DNA from: Octopus sinensis
Taxonomy: Eukaryota
Assembly (NCBI RefSeq): GCF_006345805.1
Contig: NC_043000.1
Location: 58,590,001 to 58,654,000, forward strand
Direction of reading: 5' to 3'
DNA: 64,000 nt
Shown here: positions 12,722 to 28,365 of the stretch, piece by piece
Numbering within the stretch: position 1 is the stretch's first letter
How the letters are laid out: every line of letters starts with the position of its first letter
Made by a program: the position numbers and the translations under genes
Notes under the pieces: model-generated
Told to the model about the DNA's origin: nothing
The model's input: only the letters and a program-made list of their open reading frames with translations
The model's database searches: none

Positions 12722-13059
12722 CTGGAATGATAAAAATTGAATCAATAAAATATACAATCAATATCATTTGAGGATAAAATCAAATTCATTTAACGATACT
12801 TGCCAGATGATATTTTCCACATGAAACTAAATTCCTAATACTCATTAAACAGCTGCACAGAGGACCTCATACTCAAAATCTTGTCATAATCTGAGAAGAC
12901 TTAGTTATAATCAGGACCAAGATTCTTGGAGTAGGCTGACCTGGTGATTATCTTTTAAGATTCAATAGTGGTTTCACATAATATTCCTCAGGTTCATTGG
13001 TGAACATAAACGCAGTCTTCCTTGTACTGTAAACTGTGTGGTACCTATTTATAAACTGG

Positions 13060-13365
13060 CATTCCATTGGTTACAACGATGAGGGTTCCAGTTGATCCAA
13101 TCAACGGAACAGCCTGCTTGGGAAATTAACATGCAAGTGGTTGAGTACTCCACAGACATGTACTCTCAATGTAGTTTTCCAGATGATTCAGCATGACACA
13201 GAATGTGACAAGGCTGGGCCTTTGAAATACAGGTACTACTCATTTTTCCCAGCTGAGTGGACTGGAGCAACGTGAAATAAAATGTTTTACTCAAGGACAC
13301 AATGCACTGCAGGGAATTGAACTCATGACCTTACGATCATGAACCAACCACTAAGCCATATGCCT
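13060..13365 (-). mobile_element. SINE-like family D. Other copies (plus) at about 26490-26738, 36965-37287, 50118-50430.
   Basis: Shared TGTGTCCTTGAG.AAGACACTTTATTT...TTTCAAAGGGCCAG...GTGGAGTGCTCA...GGAGTGCCA body. Confidence 0.75.
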
Positions 13366-13800
13366 TGGGTACCCGTCTATAGATAAGTATAATTAAGTGT
13401 CCTGACTTCAGAAACGAAGCAAAACCAAGTACTTCACGAGGACATACAGCTCTTTGCTTGGTGGGCTAACATCATATTGGTTTTGGCCAAGCTGTGATTC
13501 CACTTCTTTTCATGTTTGTCAATGGTTCTAAGTAGAGTAAAGCCTCAATGTGGTAGCCATAAGATTAATGGAAAAACAGAAGAGAATTGGAATGTAAAAT
13601 TGAAGTTGATAAATAAAAATTGACTCAAATAACAGAACGTGATAAAGAATTCTACTTCTAGAGTATGGTGAAAGAATAAACAACAAAAATTTTAGATCCA
13701 TTTAGCATAAATGAATTGGTCATGGCATTGAAGACATCAAATGTTTGAGATGTGAATAAATAATTTCTTTGTAACTTTTAACTGATCCAAGCACTCTTAC

Positions 13801-13926
13801 CTGAGCCTCTCTCCCACATTCTTCTGTGTATTTACATACAGCAGACAACGTACTTGATGTCAACTGTATGCCGGATATAGTCGAGACGGTAATAGTGTTC
13901 AGTGCCTCTGCCATTTTTGCTCGTCC
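13801..13926 (-). CDS. PKD1-like exon E12 (helical, GAIN-A-like)
   Basis: TTTACAG|GGA acceptor, CAG|GTAAGA donor; 126 nt, phase 0 to 0; GRAKMAEALNTITVSTISGIQLTSSTLSAVCKYTEECGREAQ. Confidence 0.87.
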
Positions 13927-14164
13927 CTGTAAAAGCAAAAGTGAAGCACAAGTTAAAAAAAAAGTCTGCAAGGGCATGTAACTTCTACTTTGACTCCAGG
14001 CTGACCAATGCCTTGCAAGTAGAATCTGAGAGAAGTGTCATATAATATATATGCCACATACTTGAATTCATGAATTTCTATAATGTTTAATTTGTGCATA
14101 TATTCACCTGATGAAAATGTTTTTTTTAACATGATGTAATAACTCTATTCAGCAATAAAATCAT

Positions 14165-14641
14165 GTCTGGAACATGTGTGTGTGTGTGTGCATGTGTGTG
14201 TGTGTGTATGTGTGTGTGCGTGTGTGTGTGTGTGTGTGCGTGTGGTGTGTGTGTGTGTGTGTGTGTGCATGTGTGTGTATGTATATATATATATGTTTAC
14301 GAATTTGTGTTGCAAAATTCCTGATGTGAAACTGTGTGTTGAAATACATATTGTTATATTTCAGGATGGTCATTTTTTTTTTTTATAAAATAAACACATG
14401 CACTATATATTTATTCTTCACTTGTTTATTACTCTTCTTATTTTGACCAATGTCCATTGCCTGGGAATCTTTTATCACAGGAGAATACACAAAGACAGAA
14501 AGTGTCACTGAAGAGGTCACAGATGTGTTACAAAAGATTTCCAGACAATGGACAAAAGTTAAAATGAATGAAGAACGAATATATAGTGTGTGTGTTTATT
14601 TGGCAGAAAAAAAGCAAAAATTAACATCATGTAATATAACA

Positions 14642-14674
<33 letters not shown>

Positions 14675-14865
14675 TATATATATATATATTATATATATAC
14701 ATATATATATGTATATATATGTGTGTATATATCTATATATACATATATATATATATATATAATATACACATATGTATATATGCATATACATATGTATATA
14801 CATATGCATATATATATATACACATACACACACATATAAGTGTGTGTGTGTGTGTGTGTGTGCTT
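14165..14865. repeat. (GT)n and (AT)n/(CA)n microsatellite tracts. Similar tracts at about 16005-16090, 26345-26410, 27020-27210 (TACA)n, 28250-28335, 48280-48440, 58030-58130, 61460-61670, 61890-62020.
   Basis: Direct inspection; these generate the HT/CV/YI pseudo-ORFs. Confidence 0.95.
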
Positions 14866-15889
14866 TACAGGTACTGGTACCACATAAAATGCACTCATGC
14901 TGGTGCTGTGTAAACACATTTGTGACAGTGGCATTTAAAAAGTACCCACCACACTCTGTAAAGTGCACAGTCTGCATTAGGAAGGGCATCCAGCCGTAGA
15001 AACCATACAGCAACAGACAATTGGAGTGTAGATAGTTCCCTAGCTGGTCACCTCCTGTCAACCTGTCCAACCCATGTCAACATGGAGAATGGACATTAAA
15101 CGATGATGATGATGATGATGATATAACGATTGTAGGGCGGAAGACATGTGTTAGCCATTCAGAAACACACAAAGACCACTAGCTTCATTTAAACATATGT
15201 ATATATATATATGGAAGACTAGTAGAATATTATCTGCATGGATTTCAAAGGCTAGGCTGCTATATAGTTAAATAATTTAGGAGTTAGTTATAGGTTTACT
15301 TGTTGAATATATTTACCGATACTGTTTTTATACACAGGGAAAATGTGTTTTTTTGTTGTAGTTTAATTAGTAATGTTAGTGTTTGTTCCTTCCTAGAATT
15401 AATATTGAATATCTAAAGTATGTTTGTTCCCAAACAACACTTATTTTAGTGATGTTGACATTGCCAGATTGAATGGTACTGCCCAGGTGTCGAAACCACA
15501 GGGATATCTATGGGGCAGCTGATGATGGAGGTTTGTTGGATTGTTGGTATGGCTGTCATCGTATGTACAGAATAATTTTATAACACATCCATTCGATATA
15601 TATATATATATGGCAAAAAGAAAATGGAGAGGATACAGCCAGTAGACATTCTGTTATGTCTATTTATTCCAAAACAAAAAGGAGTATCATAAGAATACAT
15701 ACACATGCAAAGACTGTGTGCTACACAAATATATACTAGTAATACATAAAAGAGTAAAAGATTAAAAGATCAGTTCCTTATATATAATAAACAAACTTAA
15801 ATTATTTTCTTATAAGCACTGAAATATGTATATAGATACAAATAAGATGACAATATATTTTCAAATGCAGAGACACCCTTAAAATAGCA

Positions 15890-15954
15890 GAAACATTGGA
15901 TAAATTACTCTTACAAATCTTTCCGCTTTGTAAGGGTAATTTATCCAGTGTTTC
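15890..15954. repeat. Hairpin, 28-bp arms, 9-nt loop; imperfect pairing extends to about 15863-15980
   Basis: GAAACATTGGATAAATTACTCTTACAAA versus reverse complement of 15927-15954: 2 mismatches. Confidence 0.9.
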
Positions 15955-16031
15955 TCCTGTTCTAACAACATCTCTGCTTTAGGAAATAAATTATCCTGTT
16001 ATCTCTGTCTATCTATCTATCTATCTATCTA

Positions 16032-16075
<44 letters not shown>

Positions 16076-17294
16076 ATATATATATATATCATTCACCCAC
16101 TGCTGTGGTTAAATATATATCCACAGTGTCTATGTACATCTTCCTCTAGCTACAATTAAATATGAATAATACGCAGCTTTATAAGCTCACCAGATATGGT
16201 AGTATTTGTAAAGTGGAAGTTCCAATATTCGTAATTTTCTTGTGCTTATGCTGGTAGCTAATTTGATGAACTATTAGTATGAGTATATATTTTGTTGTTG
16301 AATTGTGGTATAGCTTGTTTAATTATTCAAAGAGCAAATTCTATCCATGAAATCTGACAAAATCCTTATCAGTTATACAACATAACATCTCATTTTATGC
16401 ATCCATATGGACTCGCCTTAAACATATATGCCATAAGTGCAAGACAGCAGAATCAAAGCCTATTCCATCAAAAATAATGCTCATAGAAGGGTTTCAAATA
16501 ATGAAGTAAGTTAGTGAGACATATTAATTATATAGTGTTTTGTATAGCAAGACAGAAGGGTGGATGGGGCCACACAATTTTTAAGCAGCATTCTTTGAAT
16601 GGTTGGAAAAAAACTCACAGGAAGGAGATGTAATGCACCTCAATTATATAATGCATTTATTGCCAAAGGTCTTACTCACTTGTAACTGCTTCCATGAGAC
16701 CTCTACCACCGTTCAAATGCTGGACCTCACATAGACAGTGACAAGTGACTGAGACCTTTGGTGATATATCATGCTTGAGAAGACATGTCAAGCCAAGTGA
16801 GTTCATAGTCATGGCTGATGCCAGTGTTGCATAACTGGCACCCATGATGGTGGCACATAAAAAGTACCCACTACACCCTTGGAGTGGTTGGCATTAGGAA
16901 AGGCATCCAACCATAGAAAACATGCCACATCAGATTGGAACCTGGTGCAGCTCCCCACCTTACCAGTTTTCAGTCAAACCATCCAATCCATGCCAGCATG
17001 GAAAACAAGCATTAAATGAAGATAATGATGATAATGAGGATGATGATAAGAATGATGATGGTGATGATGATGTGTAACTAAAACAAGAAAGATGTATTGT
17101 CCATGATACCTATTTAGAACAAGGGTAGCTTTGCTGTGAAAGTTAAGAAAATTAACAGTAGATTAACTAAAAAGTGCAGCAATTACTGTGGAAGAATTGA
17201 CCAATTTCACTTTGGCTGCTTACCAACAGCATTCATTATGGGAGACAACCAAGACAATAAGACAAAATTTTCCAGAATAAGGATGTAGACATAC

Positions 17295-17375
17295 TTTGGC
17301 TCGAAGGGATCGGTCTTGTTCTATTTTACTGTCAAACTTGCTGGCTTGTAGTTCTTGCACTTCAGCACCAGATAA
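17295..17375 (-). CDS. PKD1-like exon E11
   Basis: ATTATAG|TTA acceptor, AAA|GTATGT donor; 81 nt, phase 0 to 0; LSGAEVQELQASKFDSKIEQDRSLRAK. Confidence 0.72.
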
Positions 17376-17799
17376 CTATAATCAAAAGTAAAGATACTGT
17401 ATAAGGCAAACATTCAAGAAGGATTCAAGTAAATGAAAGAATATTCTGATGGGGAAGAAGTAAATTAGAAAAGAGTAAAAGTCAAGCAGAAACTAGAGCT
17501 AAAGTTTGTTTAAAATATCTTACATTGGAATCAAGATATCCAATTACTGTCCTCTGTGGACACCTATTACTACACAAGAAATTATAAAAAGGACCCTACA
17601 GAAATTGACTATCAGTAAAACAAATTGTATGCAGATTTGATTATCTGGGAAGTTTATATAGCATTATAAACTCTTTACAGTACTAAGTAAGCTTTCTGAA
17701 TCAAATTAATAGTTTTATTTAACTATGCATAAATATCCAATATTTTAGGGAATGAATGCTAGCAATGTAAATGGAGAACTATTGGGTTTTGAAGTTTCT

Positions 17800-18004
17800 T
17801 TTATCTTTTACTGTTTACTTGTTCCAGTCATTAGATTGCGACCATACTGGAGCACCACCTTGAAAAAATTTTGTCGAATGAATCAATCCCAGTATATATT
17901 TTTTCAAAGTACTGGTGTTTATTCTATTGATCTCTTTTTCCAAACTGCTAAGTTATAAGGATGTAATTACACCAACACCCGTTGTCAAGGAGTTAGGGGC
18001 ACAA

Positions 18005-18045
<41 letters not shown>

Positions 18046-18210
18046 CATATATATGACAAGCTTCTTCCAGTTTCCATCTACCAAATCCACTCACAAGGCT
18101 TTGGTCCGTCCATGACTATAGTGGAAAACACTTACCCAAAGTGCCCACAGTGGGACTGAACCAGAAAGCATGTGGTTGGGAAGCAAACTTCTTACCACAC
18201 AGACATGCCT
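17800..18210. mobile_element. Composite of SINE-like families B and C joined by CA/TA repeats. B also at about 22915-23130, 26120-26335, 34150-34385, 48700-48895, 54180-54375, 60975-61180. C also at about 26752-26880, 31300-31452, 33975-34140, 49742-49895, 54447-54575, 61672-61835.
   Basis: B: TTTACTTGTTTCAGTCATTTGACTG...GCTAAGTTA...GTTGTCAAG. C: CTTCTTTCAGTTTCCATCTACCAAATCCACTCACAAG...CATGTGGTTGGGAAGCAA...TTACCACACAG. Confidence 0.8.
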
Positions 18211-18766
18211 GCTGTTGAAAGGATTTGCATAGCTTCCAAAGCCGTTACCTACTAAACTCTCTCTTTTACCTTCATTATTTTTACTCTTTTATTAGTTTCA
18301 ATCACTGGACAACAGCCATACCATGGCACTATCTCTAGATATTTTTTCCATTTTAAGTTCATTATATTGATCCTAATTCTTATTTCAGTCTTGTATTTAA
18401 TTTATTGTTTATGATTACTCGTATGAAATTTTAAAAACTTTGTGTTAAATGAGAAAAAAAAATTAAATTTTACAAGTCTCTTTCCTTACAATTCCTTAAT
18501 TTCGATTTTAAATTTCTAATCCTGCTTCGTAATTATGACAAAATGGTTATCTCTCTTGTAACAGCTGTAATCAGCAATAAATTCAGGAAAATCCATTTTA
18601 AACTGTTGATGATGGTAAAGGCATATATTTATAAAAAGATGTCTTTTCCACATACACATCTGAAGGATTATGACTTAGAAATAACAGCTTGAAACAAATG
18701 TAGCTAAAACTATAATTATTGCCTACTATAAAACATTTTCATTAGGTAGAATGCCCTGAAAACAGT

Positions 18767-19667
18767 TATGAGGTAGTATCAAAAGACTTCCTGGACTAGT
18801 TCTGTAGCATGCCAACAGATAATAACACACAGTGAGAACTAGCAGTGACCTTCATGAGGCAGTGTGCCAAGTGACATTGCTCTGTTCACATTGCAAGTTG
18901 TGAAATTTGTGTTTTTGTGATCATGTGTATGCTGTAGTCTGTGATTTTGTCATATCAGGAAAAAAGAACCAATGTGAAATTTTGTGTTAAACTTGGGAAG
19001 TCTGCTACAGAGATATTGGTCATGCTTCGGCAAGCTTACAGAGACAATGCAATTGGTCATAATCAATGTTTTGAGTGGTACAGGTGCTTCAAAAGAAGAA
19101 GGACGCCCCTGGAAGATGGTGAATGATCTGGAAGACCTGCTATTGGCATCACCCCAAAAATGTAGTATTGTGCACTGAGAATTCATCTCCTAGGGCCAGA
19201 CAATCAGTGGACTATTCTACTGCGACATTTTGGAGTGTTTGAGGAAGGACATTTGATATAAAGCAATTGGATCTTGTGAGAGCAAAGAATTGGATTCTTC
19301 ATGACAACAATGCAGCCTGTCATCAAGCTCTCCTCACTCAAGAGTTTCTCCCCAAATACAACATGGTATTACTTCTGCACCCACCCTATTCACCAGATTT
19401 AGATGCTGTGGACTTCCATCTCTTCCTTATGAAGAAAAGGCAGCTCGAAGGTCACCATTTCAACACCGTTGTCAAGATCCAGAGGGAATCGTAGAATGTC
19501 CTTGATCTGCTTACGGAAAATGACATTTCAAAAGTGGCAGAAATGCTGGGATTGGTGTATTACTGTGCAAGATGACTGTTTCGGAGGAAATGATGTTAAA
19601 ACATAGGTAAAGAAATAATTTTTTTATTAAACATAACTAATCTGGAACCTTTTGATATCACCTCATA
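18767..19667 (+). mobile_element. Internally deleted mariner element
   Basis: TIRs TATGAGGT.GTATCAAAAG / CTTTTGATATCACCTCATA; relics RTNVKFCVKLGKSATE (HTH) and WILHDNNA...HPPYSPDL. Confidence 0.85.
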
Positions 19668-20160
19668 TTATTCTAAATGTAAACACTAAAAACTTTCCCT
19701 CTTTCATCTTGATTCCTAAGCTACTAATATTCAAGGAAGAAAAGACACAAAAAAAGGGAAACAAAAAAAAACTCTGTGAATTTTCTCCAGACTGTAATTA
19801 TTTCCATCTTTAATAAGATTACACACTTCACAAAATGTGGAATTAAAAGGTCACTGGTTATATCATGCTGATGATTTTTAAAAAGAATGAAATAGCATTA
19901 TACATGATTACCAATGACTAGAAAAATTTTTGATTTTGCATTAGTTAAAAAAAGGTAAATTCCATGCATCATTTTCCTTTTAATTTCTTGATTCTAGTTT
20001 CAAATTTCTAATCCTGTTTTGATATTATGAAGAAATGAATATATCTTCCTTGTGATAGCTGCAATTGTTAGGGCAATCACATGTTTTGAAATTACCATGT
20101 TTTATCATGATCATAAAAACTAGTACAAACACATATTTAATTATTTTCTGATGAACTTAC

Positions 20161-20243
20161 CACTGGTGTTTCCACTGGAACTCTATGGTCATAATCTCGG
20201 CCATATCCTGTTGATGCTCTTTCACTGTTGTTGGCATATGTTT
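20161..20243 (-). CDS. PKD1-like exon E10
   Basis: TCTATAG|AA acceptor, GTG|GTAAGT donor; 83 nt, phase 1 to 0; TYANNSERASTGYGRDYDHRVPVETPV. Supported by phase fit only. Confidence 0.72.
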
Positions 20244-20451
20244 CTATAGAAGTTGTGAAATAGTTTCAGAAAACTATAACAATACATTGCATTCATGAAA
20301 AACATACACGTTAGTTTTACATGAACATATATGCATGTATATCAATCTTCATACCAGCAGGCATGCACACATTAATGGTTATTTAATAGTATGAAAATAT
20401 GTGTCATTATATCCATATGTGTATAAATGAATAAATATTTATGTTAATGCA

Positions 20452-20504
<53 letters not shown>

Positions 20505-20810
20505 ATGTATCCACAAGTATGTATAGCTTGGTAACATGCAGTTTGCTTTTGCTAATTGTAAGAGGTTCCTATATAGATACAACCAGAACACTCAATTAAC
20601 TAACTAGAAATCAGTTAATGCTATGATTGCTGTCTAAGTGAAATAAATAGACTGAATGAATCTTAAACATGCATGCGTACATGTATGTATGTATGTATGT
20701 ATGTATGTATGTATGTATATACAGGGTGTTCAGGCTAAATTTGATGCTGTATATACAGGGTGTTCAGGCTAAATTTGACGCTGTCTAAGTGAAATAAATA
20801 GACTGAATGA

Positions 20811-22233
<1,423 letters not shown>

Positions 22234-22516
22234 TGTATATGTGTATTTGCTGTTTTCCTGATTGGAATTTTGAAGTTTATTTGGACTGGCTACCAATTTG
22301 CTGAAAAGGATGTAAACAAAGGCAACTTGTTCTGTTAGTCATCCTGTGTGGAAACATTCAGCCTTTAAATTTCAGGAATGTCTCACAGATTTTTATTGTT
22401 CCAGATAGCAGTGTCATCTGTAGTATATGGGTCATAGAGCTATGTCTTTTCTCCAAGAATCCATGTTCTCCTATATTTTTAGCTAAATGGATTAGTGCAA
22501 ATGCTGAAGCCCTAAT

Positions 22517-22908
22517 CATCATCATCATCATCATCATCGTTTAACGTCCGCTTTCCATGCTAGCATGGGTTTGACGGTTCAACTGGGGTCTGGGAAGCCC
22601 GAAGGCTGCACCAGGCCAGTCAGATGTGGCAGTGTTTCTACAGCTGGATGCCCTTCCTAACGCCAACCACTCCGAGAGTGTATGGGTGATTTTATGTGCC
22701 ACGACACAGGTGCCGACGAGGCTGGCAGACGGCCACGCTCGGATGGTGTTTTTTATGTGCCACCGACACAGGTGCCAGACGAGGCTGGCAGACGGCCACG
22801 CTCGGATGGTGTTTTTTTATGTGCCACCGACACAGGTGCCAGACGAGGCTGGCAGACGGCCACGCTCGGATGGTGTTTTTTATGTGCCACCGACACAGGT
22901 GCCAGACG
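22517..22908 (-). mobile_element. Young non-autonomous element with (GAT)n tail (RTE-type 3' end) and about 63-bp tandem repeat x3.5. Older copies at about 14880-15122, 16700-17070, 25405-25545, 32925-33070, 38120-38470, 58940-59632, 63245-63452.
   Basis: (CAT)n-CGTTTAACGTCC end; repeat units start at 22691, 22752, 22816, 22879; CpGs retained. Confidence 0.75.
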
Positions 22909-23192
22909 GATTATTTTTATCTTTTATTTGTTACACTCATTAGACTGCGGCCATGCTGGGACACCACCTTGAATGATTTAGCCAAACACATCAATCCCTG
23001 TACTTATTTCTTAAGAGTGATATTTATTCTATTGGTCTCTTTTGCCAAACCACTAAGTTATAGGAATGTTAAATAAACAAACCAATGCCAGTTGTTAAGC
23101 AATAGTATAGGGGAACAAACAAACTCACACACACACACACACATATGTATACATAGATACATACATACATACATACATACATACAACATACA

Positions 23193-23227
<35 letters not shown>

Positions 23228-25170
23228 CATGACCTGACTTTTCATCCAATGTCACTTTGTCCAACGTCACTTTGTCCAACGTCACTTTGTCCAACGTCAC
23301 TTTGTCCAACGTCACTTTGTCTACGTCATTTGGTTTGACGTCTTTTTGTTTGATGATCTTTTTTTGTCCAATGACTTCTTGTCCAATTTTAAATAAACTC
23401 TTTAGAAAACAAGGTGAACATCAAAATCAAATAATCATTGAGAATTTTATTGATAGGATTCAAGTAAAATACTATGAAAAATAAAGAATCTCAGGTCGAC
23501 GATGGCAAGGATTACTTCCCTTTGCAAATACTGATAGGGCACAGAAAGTGTATCAATAGCCAGATGGAGAAGATGTTCTCCTGGGGCTACAAGCTACAGA
23601 AGCATCCACCCTTAGTGGTTAGCCACATTTAAGTGGCAAATATACTTTCACACTGTGAAAAATGTTTTAAAAAAAGTCATTTTAAAAAAGTAATAAGATA
23701 ACTAATGATTAACTATGATCACTTAAAACTAATGTAATTATATGCCACACTCTTCAAAAAATCAATTTTTCTTGTTGATCCATATTCAGTGACCAATTTT
23801 TTGAGGCGTTCAGTTATTCTTCGATATTGTGAACATGAATTTGATGGATCTCCTCAAAGAATTTGAGTCACTTTACCTTGAACAAATCTTTCCTCTTCCT
23901 TCAGAGTTTTGATTAAATTCCAAATATTCAAATGTGCTCCACCTACTGAATGCTTTATCGCAGAATGAAACCCCTCAGCAGCATTATTTGTTCTGGAAAG
24001 ATCTTGAAGAATACGCTGATTAACATTCCATACAGCTATCAGGAATGTAGTTGGTTCTCTCCTCATCTAGCACCACGTATTCTCACAATGCCTATGTTAG
24101 TCAAGTAGAAGTAAGCGATGAATTGAACAGGTATTTTTTCATCACCTTTTAATTCTTCATGGGCCGCTTCAACATTTTCAATGGGTAGGAAGACTAATGC
24201 TAAAAAACATCGAATTTTAAGACAGAATTCAGAGTCTTTATTGCATTTTTTCTTTGAGGCCTAAATCTGTAATTTTTCAAAATATTGATTGGCTGAAATG
24301 AAACAAACATGCCACGATAGATGAATTAGGGAATGATGAATTCATTGCCTTGTGAACTGCAACTTCGAAATCTGCTGTGAGATCAAGCAGATATGCATTA
24401 GGTTGCATAATTTTCAATTACTTGAAAAATAATTTGTATGTCTTCTTTGTTTAATTTGGCAGTAATGGAAAAACCCGTGGAAAACTGCTACTTTTTACTT
24501 GTACATGAATGCTAAAATGTTGAAACCACTGTTCTGACCCAATTTTGAATGTTCTGTCACATGCCCAATGACAATATGATGCTATATCCTGAAGAGCACT
24601 TTCTGATGCAAATATTTGTATGCACTGTTGATCCACGATACCCGAATCATATTTCACAAACTGTTCGCCATTATCAAGTTTACAATATTCTTCAGGTGTT
24701 TCAAAACCAGTTCTAGCCCCTGGATTAGCAGGAAATCCATAATTTTTTTGTCAGCACCTTTGAATAGTCCTTGAAAGTACAGGCAAACGAAGAAGTTGTG
24801 AGCAAGTATTTTCTATTAGCTGCGTAAACTTAGCCGCTATTATACTATGCTAACTTGCTGCTATGTTTTCCACCGCTTCATGCTTTATTTCTGCAACTGC
24901 TTTTCTAGCATTTAACGAATCTACATCAGCTGGATGAAGGTGCTCACTAGAAAAATAAATAACTTTTGGCGCATTGTTTTAATTTTACTTTTTTTTTCTG
25001 GGTCCACAGGTTTCAGTATATTCACTTTTATTGGTTATTTTCTTTCCTTCACAATCTATTCTAGATTGTTCTGGCTTAACACATCATATCTTACCTGTAG
25101 TATCTAGATGACATTTCTTCACAGCTGGCAACAATGTAGTTAATATCTTCAGCATGGTTTTGCATAGCCT
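23228..25170 (-). mobile_element. Mutator-like (MULE) transposon relic with 15-bp subterminal tandem repeat
   Basis: Fragments HWACDRTFK...FSIHV...LLPN and LSRTNNAAEGFHSAI; (GTCACTTTGTCCAAC)x5 at 23251-23324. Confidence 0.78.
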
Positions 25171-26343
25171 ACAACAGTTGTCAGTCTTCATAAAGTAGAT
25201 AATCAGGTATTTCTTGTTCGTGGATTGCATGGAAATATTCATAAAAAAGTGATGTAAAAAATTTATCAGTGCTCCATACCAGATTTTTAGTATAGTTTAT
25301 TCTCTCTATAGTATGAGTTTCTCTTTTTGAAGATCCATGGACAACCTTCTTAGTAAACCAGTCTATTTCTTTGGTTTTGTTGCATTCGTAATCATTATCA
25401 TTCTCATCATCATCATCATCATTTAACGTCTTTGTTCCATGGGTGGGGCAGTACCACAAGAACCGGCCAGGCTGAAGACTGCACCAGACTTCTGCGACTG
25501 TTTTGGCAGGATTTTTACAGCTGGATGCCTTTTCTAACACCATTACTTCTAGTAGAGAAATTTGCACCATTTTGCATGTCTCTTCTTGAGTTCATTAGCT
25601 ATCCTAATGTTATTGCTATTTTTATGCTTGCTAAGCAAGATAGGTGTTAATTTTTTTCTCTGCAATGGATGTTGCTTCAGTGTCACAATCTAGAACTCCT
25701 ATGATATCAATACAGATTTGAGGCCATGTAAATATGTACATACATACGTAAGCATAAATCTGTATATTTGTGTATGTATATATTCATGCATCTATGCAGA
25801 GAAGACTATGATGTTAGTGCTATTGCTTTTAAACAATACTATCTTGGATCAACCCTGATTTAACAGAACTATGATCAAATGCATTCTAATTGCAACAATC
25901 CTGTATTTTTGAACATTGATTATTTTGGCTTATACTATCATATATAAAGTGTGATTTGAGAGAGGATTGGTCACTCTTTGCCACAACCTTGATGATACTT
26001 GACCTTGTTGAAGACTGAGCAACACAGACATCCTTGTTAATAATCATAATCACCAATACTCATATCAGTACTGGCGTTTAAGTTTCAACATAATCTGTAA
26101 GTTGCAAACTGGTATTCTTTTATTCTTTTATTCTTTTACTTGTTTCAGTTATTTGACTGTTGCCCACCTTAAAGGGTTTTAGTTGAAGAAACCAATCCCC
26201 ATGACATATTCTTTGTAAGCATAGTACTTGTTCTATTTGTCTCTTTTGCCAAACTACTAAGTTACTAGGGATGTAAACACACCAACATCGGTTGTCAAGC
26301 GATGGTGGAGGGCAAACACAGACACACACATATAAATAAATAC

Positions 26344-26412
<69 letters not shown>

Positions 26413-28258
26413 GGAACAAGAATGCAACAGAAGACAATAAAATATCTGGACAGATAGACAATACAAAGACAGATGGACAGCAACATCTTCTGTCTTTGAG
26501 CAAGACACTTTATTTCACATTGCTCCAGTTCACTCAGCTGGCAGAAATGAATAGTACCTGTATTTCAAAGGGCCAGCATTGTCACACTCTGTATCACACT
26601 GAATCTCCCTGAGAACTACTTTAAGGATACGTGTGTCACTGGAGTGTCATCACCACTTGCACATTAATTTCATGAGCAAGCTATTCCATTGATCAGATCA
26701 ACTAGAAACCTCATAGTCATAACCAATGGAGTGCCAGAATATTTATATATATACGATGGGCTTCTTTCAGTTTCCATCTGCCAAATCCACTCACAAGACT
26801 TTAGTCGGCCTGAGGCTATAATAAAAGACACTTGCCCTAGGTGCCATGCAGAGGGACTAAATCCAGAACCATCTGAGTGGTCTCAGATAATATAAGAAAA
26901 CAATGCATTTCAATAAGCAGAGAAATAAATGTGAATTATGTGAGTGTATTCATGTTTATGCATACTGATACACATAAATACATATACAGTGACAAAGAAA
27001 CCAACAAATAAAGAAACATACATACATACATGCATGCATACATACATACATACATACATACATACATACATACATACATACATACATACATACATACATA
27101 CATACATACATACATTCATACATGCATGCATGCATGCATACATGCATACATACATACATACATACATACATACATACATACATACATACATACATACATA
27201 CATACATACATTATTGGGGTACTAGGATATGTAATACACTGCCTAAATGCCAATCTTGATAAATTAGGCTTTTCAAAACCTGAAAGGAGAAAGCTGATTT
27301 GAAGACTACAGATCTAAGCCATCACTGGAACTGTAAAAATCTGTAAAACTTTCCAGAACTTTATCATTTAAGTATATATGAGCATGTCTAGAACGCAACT
27401 ATATGCATGAGAATACATACTTAAAATGAAACATACATATCTGCACATATATACATACATACAAAAATACCTTGTTGATGTTGTTGAAATTCCATTGTAT
27501 GAGCCATGGGTCTAGTTTAGAAACTGGCTCTTTCTCTATTGGCAAGAAATCTTGAAATAAAACTGAACAATGACATACATACATACACACATACACACAC
27601 ATGCACACATACACGCACATACATACATACACTACACACATACATACATACATACATGCACATACATACATACATACATGGAAATAATTACAATTAGAAG
27701 CCAATAATAAAGCTGTAAAAATATATAAAACAAGGCGGAAGTTTAACCTGAAGTATGTACACACACACACGTATATATAGTTAAAACTGACAGATTCAGA
27801 CATGCATAGACATGTAAGTATACACATATATACACAGAGCCACAATCATAGTCCCCCCCACACACACACACATGTTAGTATATACATATATGTATGCATA
27901 AAAAATAGATAAACAGAACATCTGCAAAGACATGTTTAAATCAATTCATTTCTCTTTTATGATGAAGTCTAGTTAAACTTAGCGTGTTGCTGTTTACGGT
28001 ACATGCACAATTTCATGCAAGATAACAAGACATTCTTACATGCAAGTTCATGCAGTGCAAACATCAGTCAAAACTCAATAATACAATGTAATATATATTA
28101 ATATATATGATTTAAAGTAATCAATGTCAACTGAAGCGAATGTTTCTTAGGTAATGTCTGTTCAAATTTTACCTACCACTACTGTCACTCATTACAATAG
28201 CATACATAAACACACATATACACCAAAACATTCATATGCATACACACAAACATATATA

Positions 28259-28337
<79 letters not shown>

Positions 28338-28365
28338 GTGCATATACTCATTATATACACATATA

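Noticed and set aside
12596-13926. E12 and E13 are both 126 nt, phase 0-0 (possible exon duplication)
   Set aside because: No visible sequence similarity between the two peptides.
14107-14140. CTGATGA followed by a small stem
   Set aside because: No GAAA after the stem.
17376-17396. Alternative upstream acceptor for E11 (21 nt longer)
   Set aside because: Introduces an in-frame TGA; at most a minor unproductive isoform.
18470-20070. Two similar ~110-bp segments (about 18470-18580 and 19960-20070)
   Set aside because: Low identity; most likely old copies of a dispersed repeat end, not a local duplication.
22691-23324. 63-bp and 15-bp tandem arrays as CRISPR-like
   Set aside because: No unique spacers, no cas genes, eukaryotic context.
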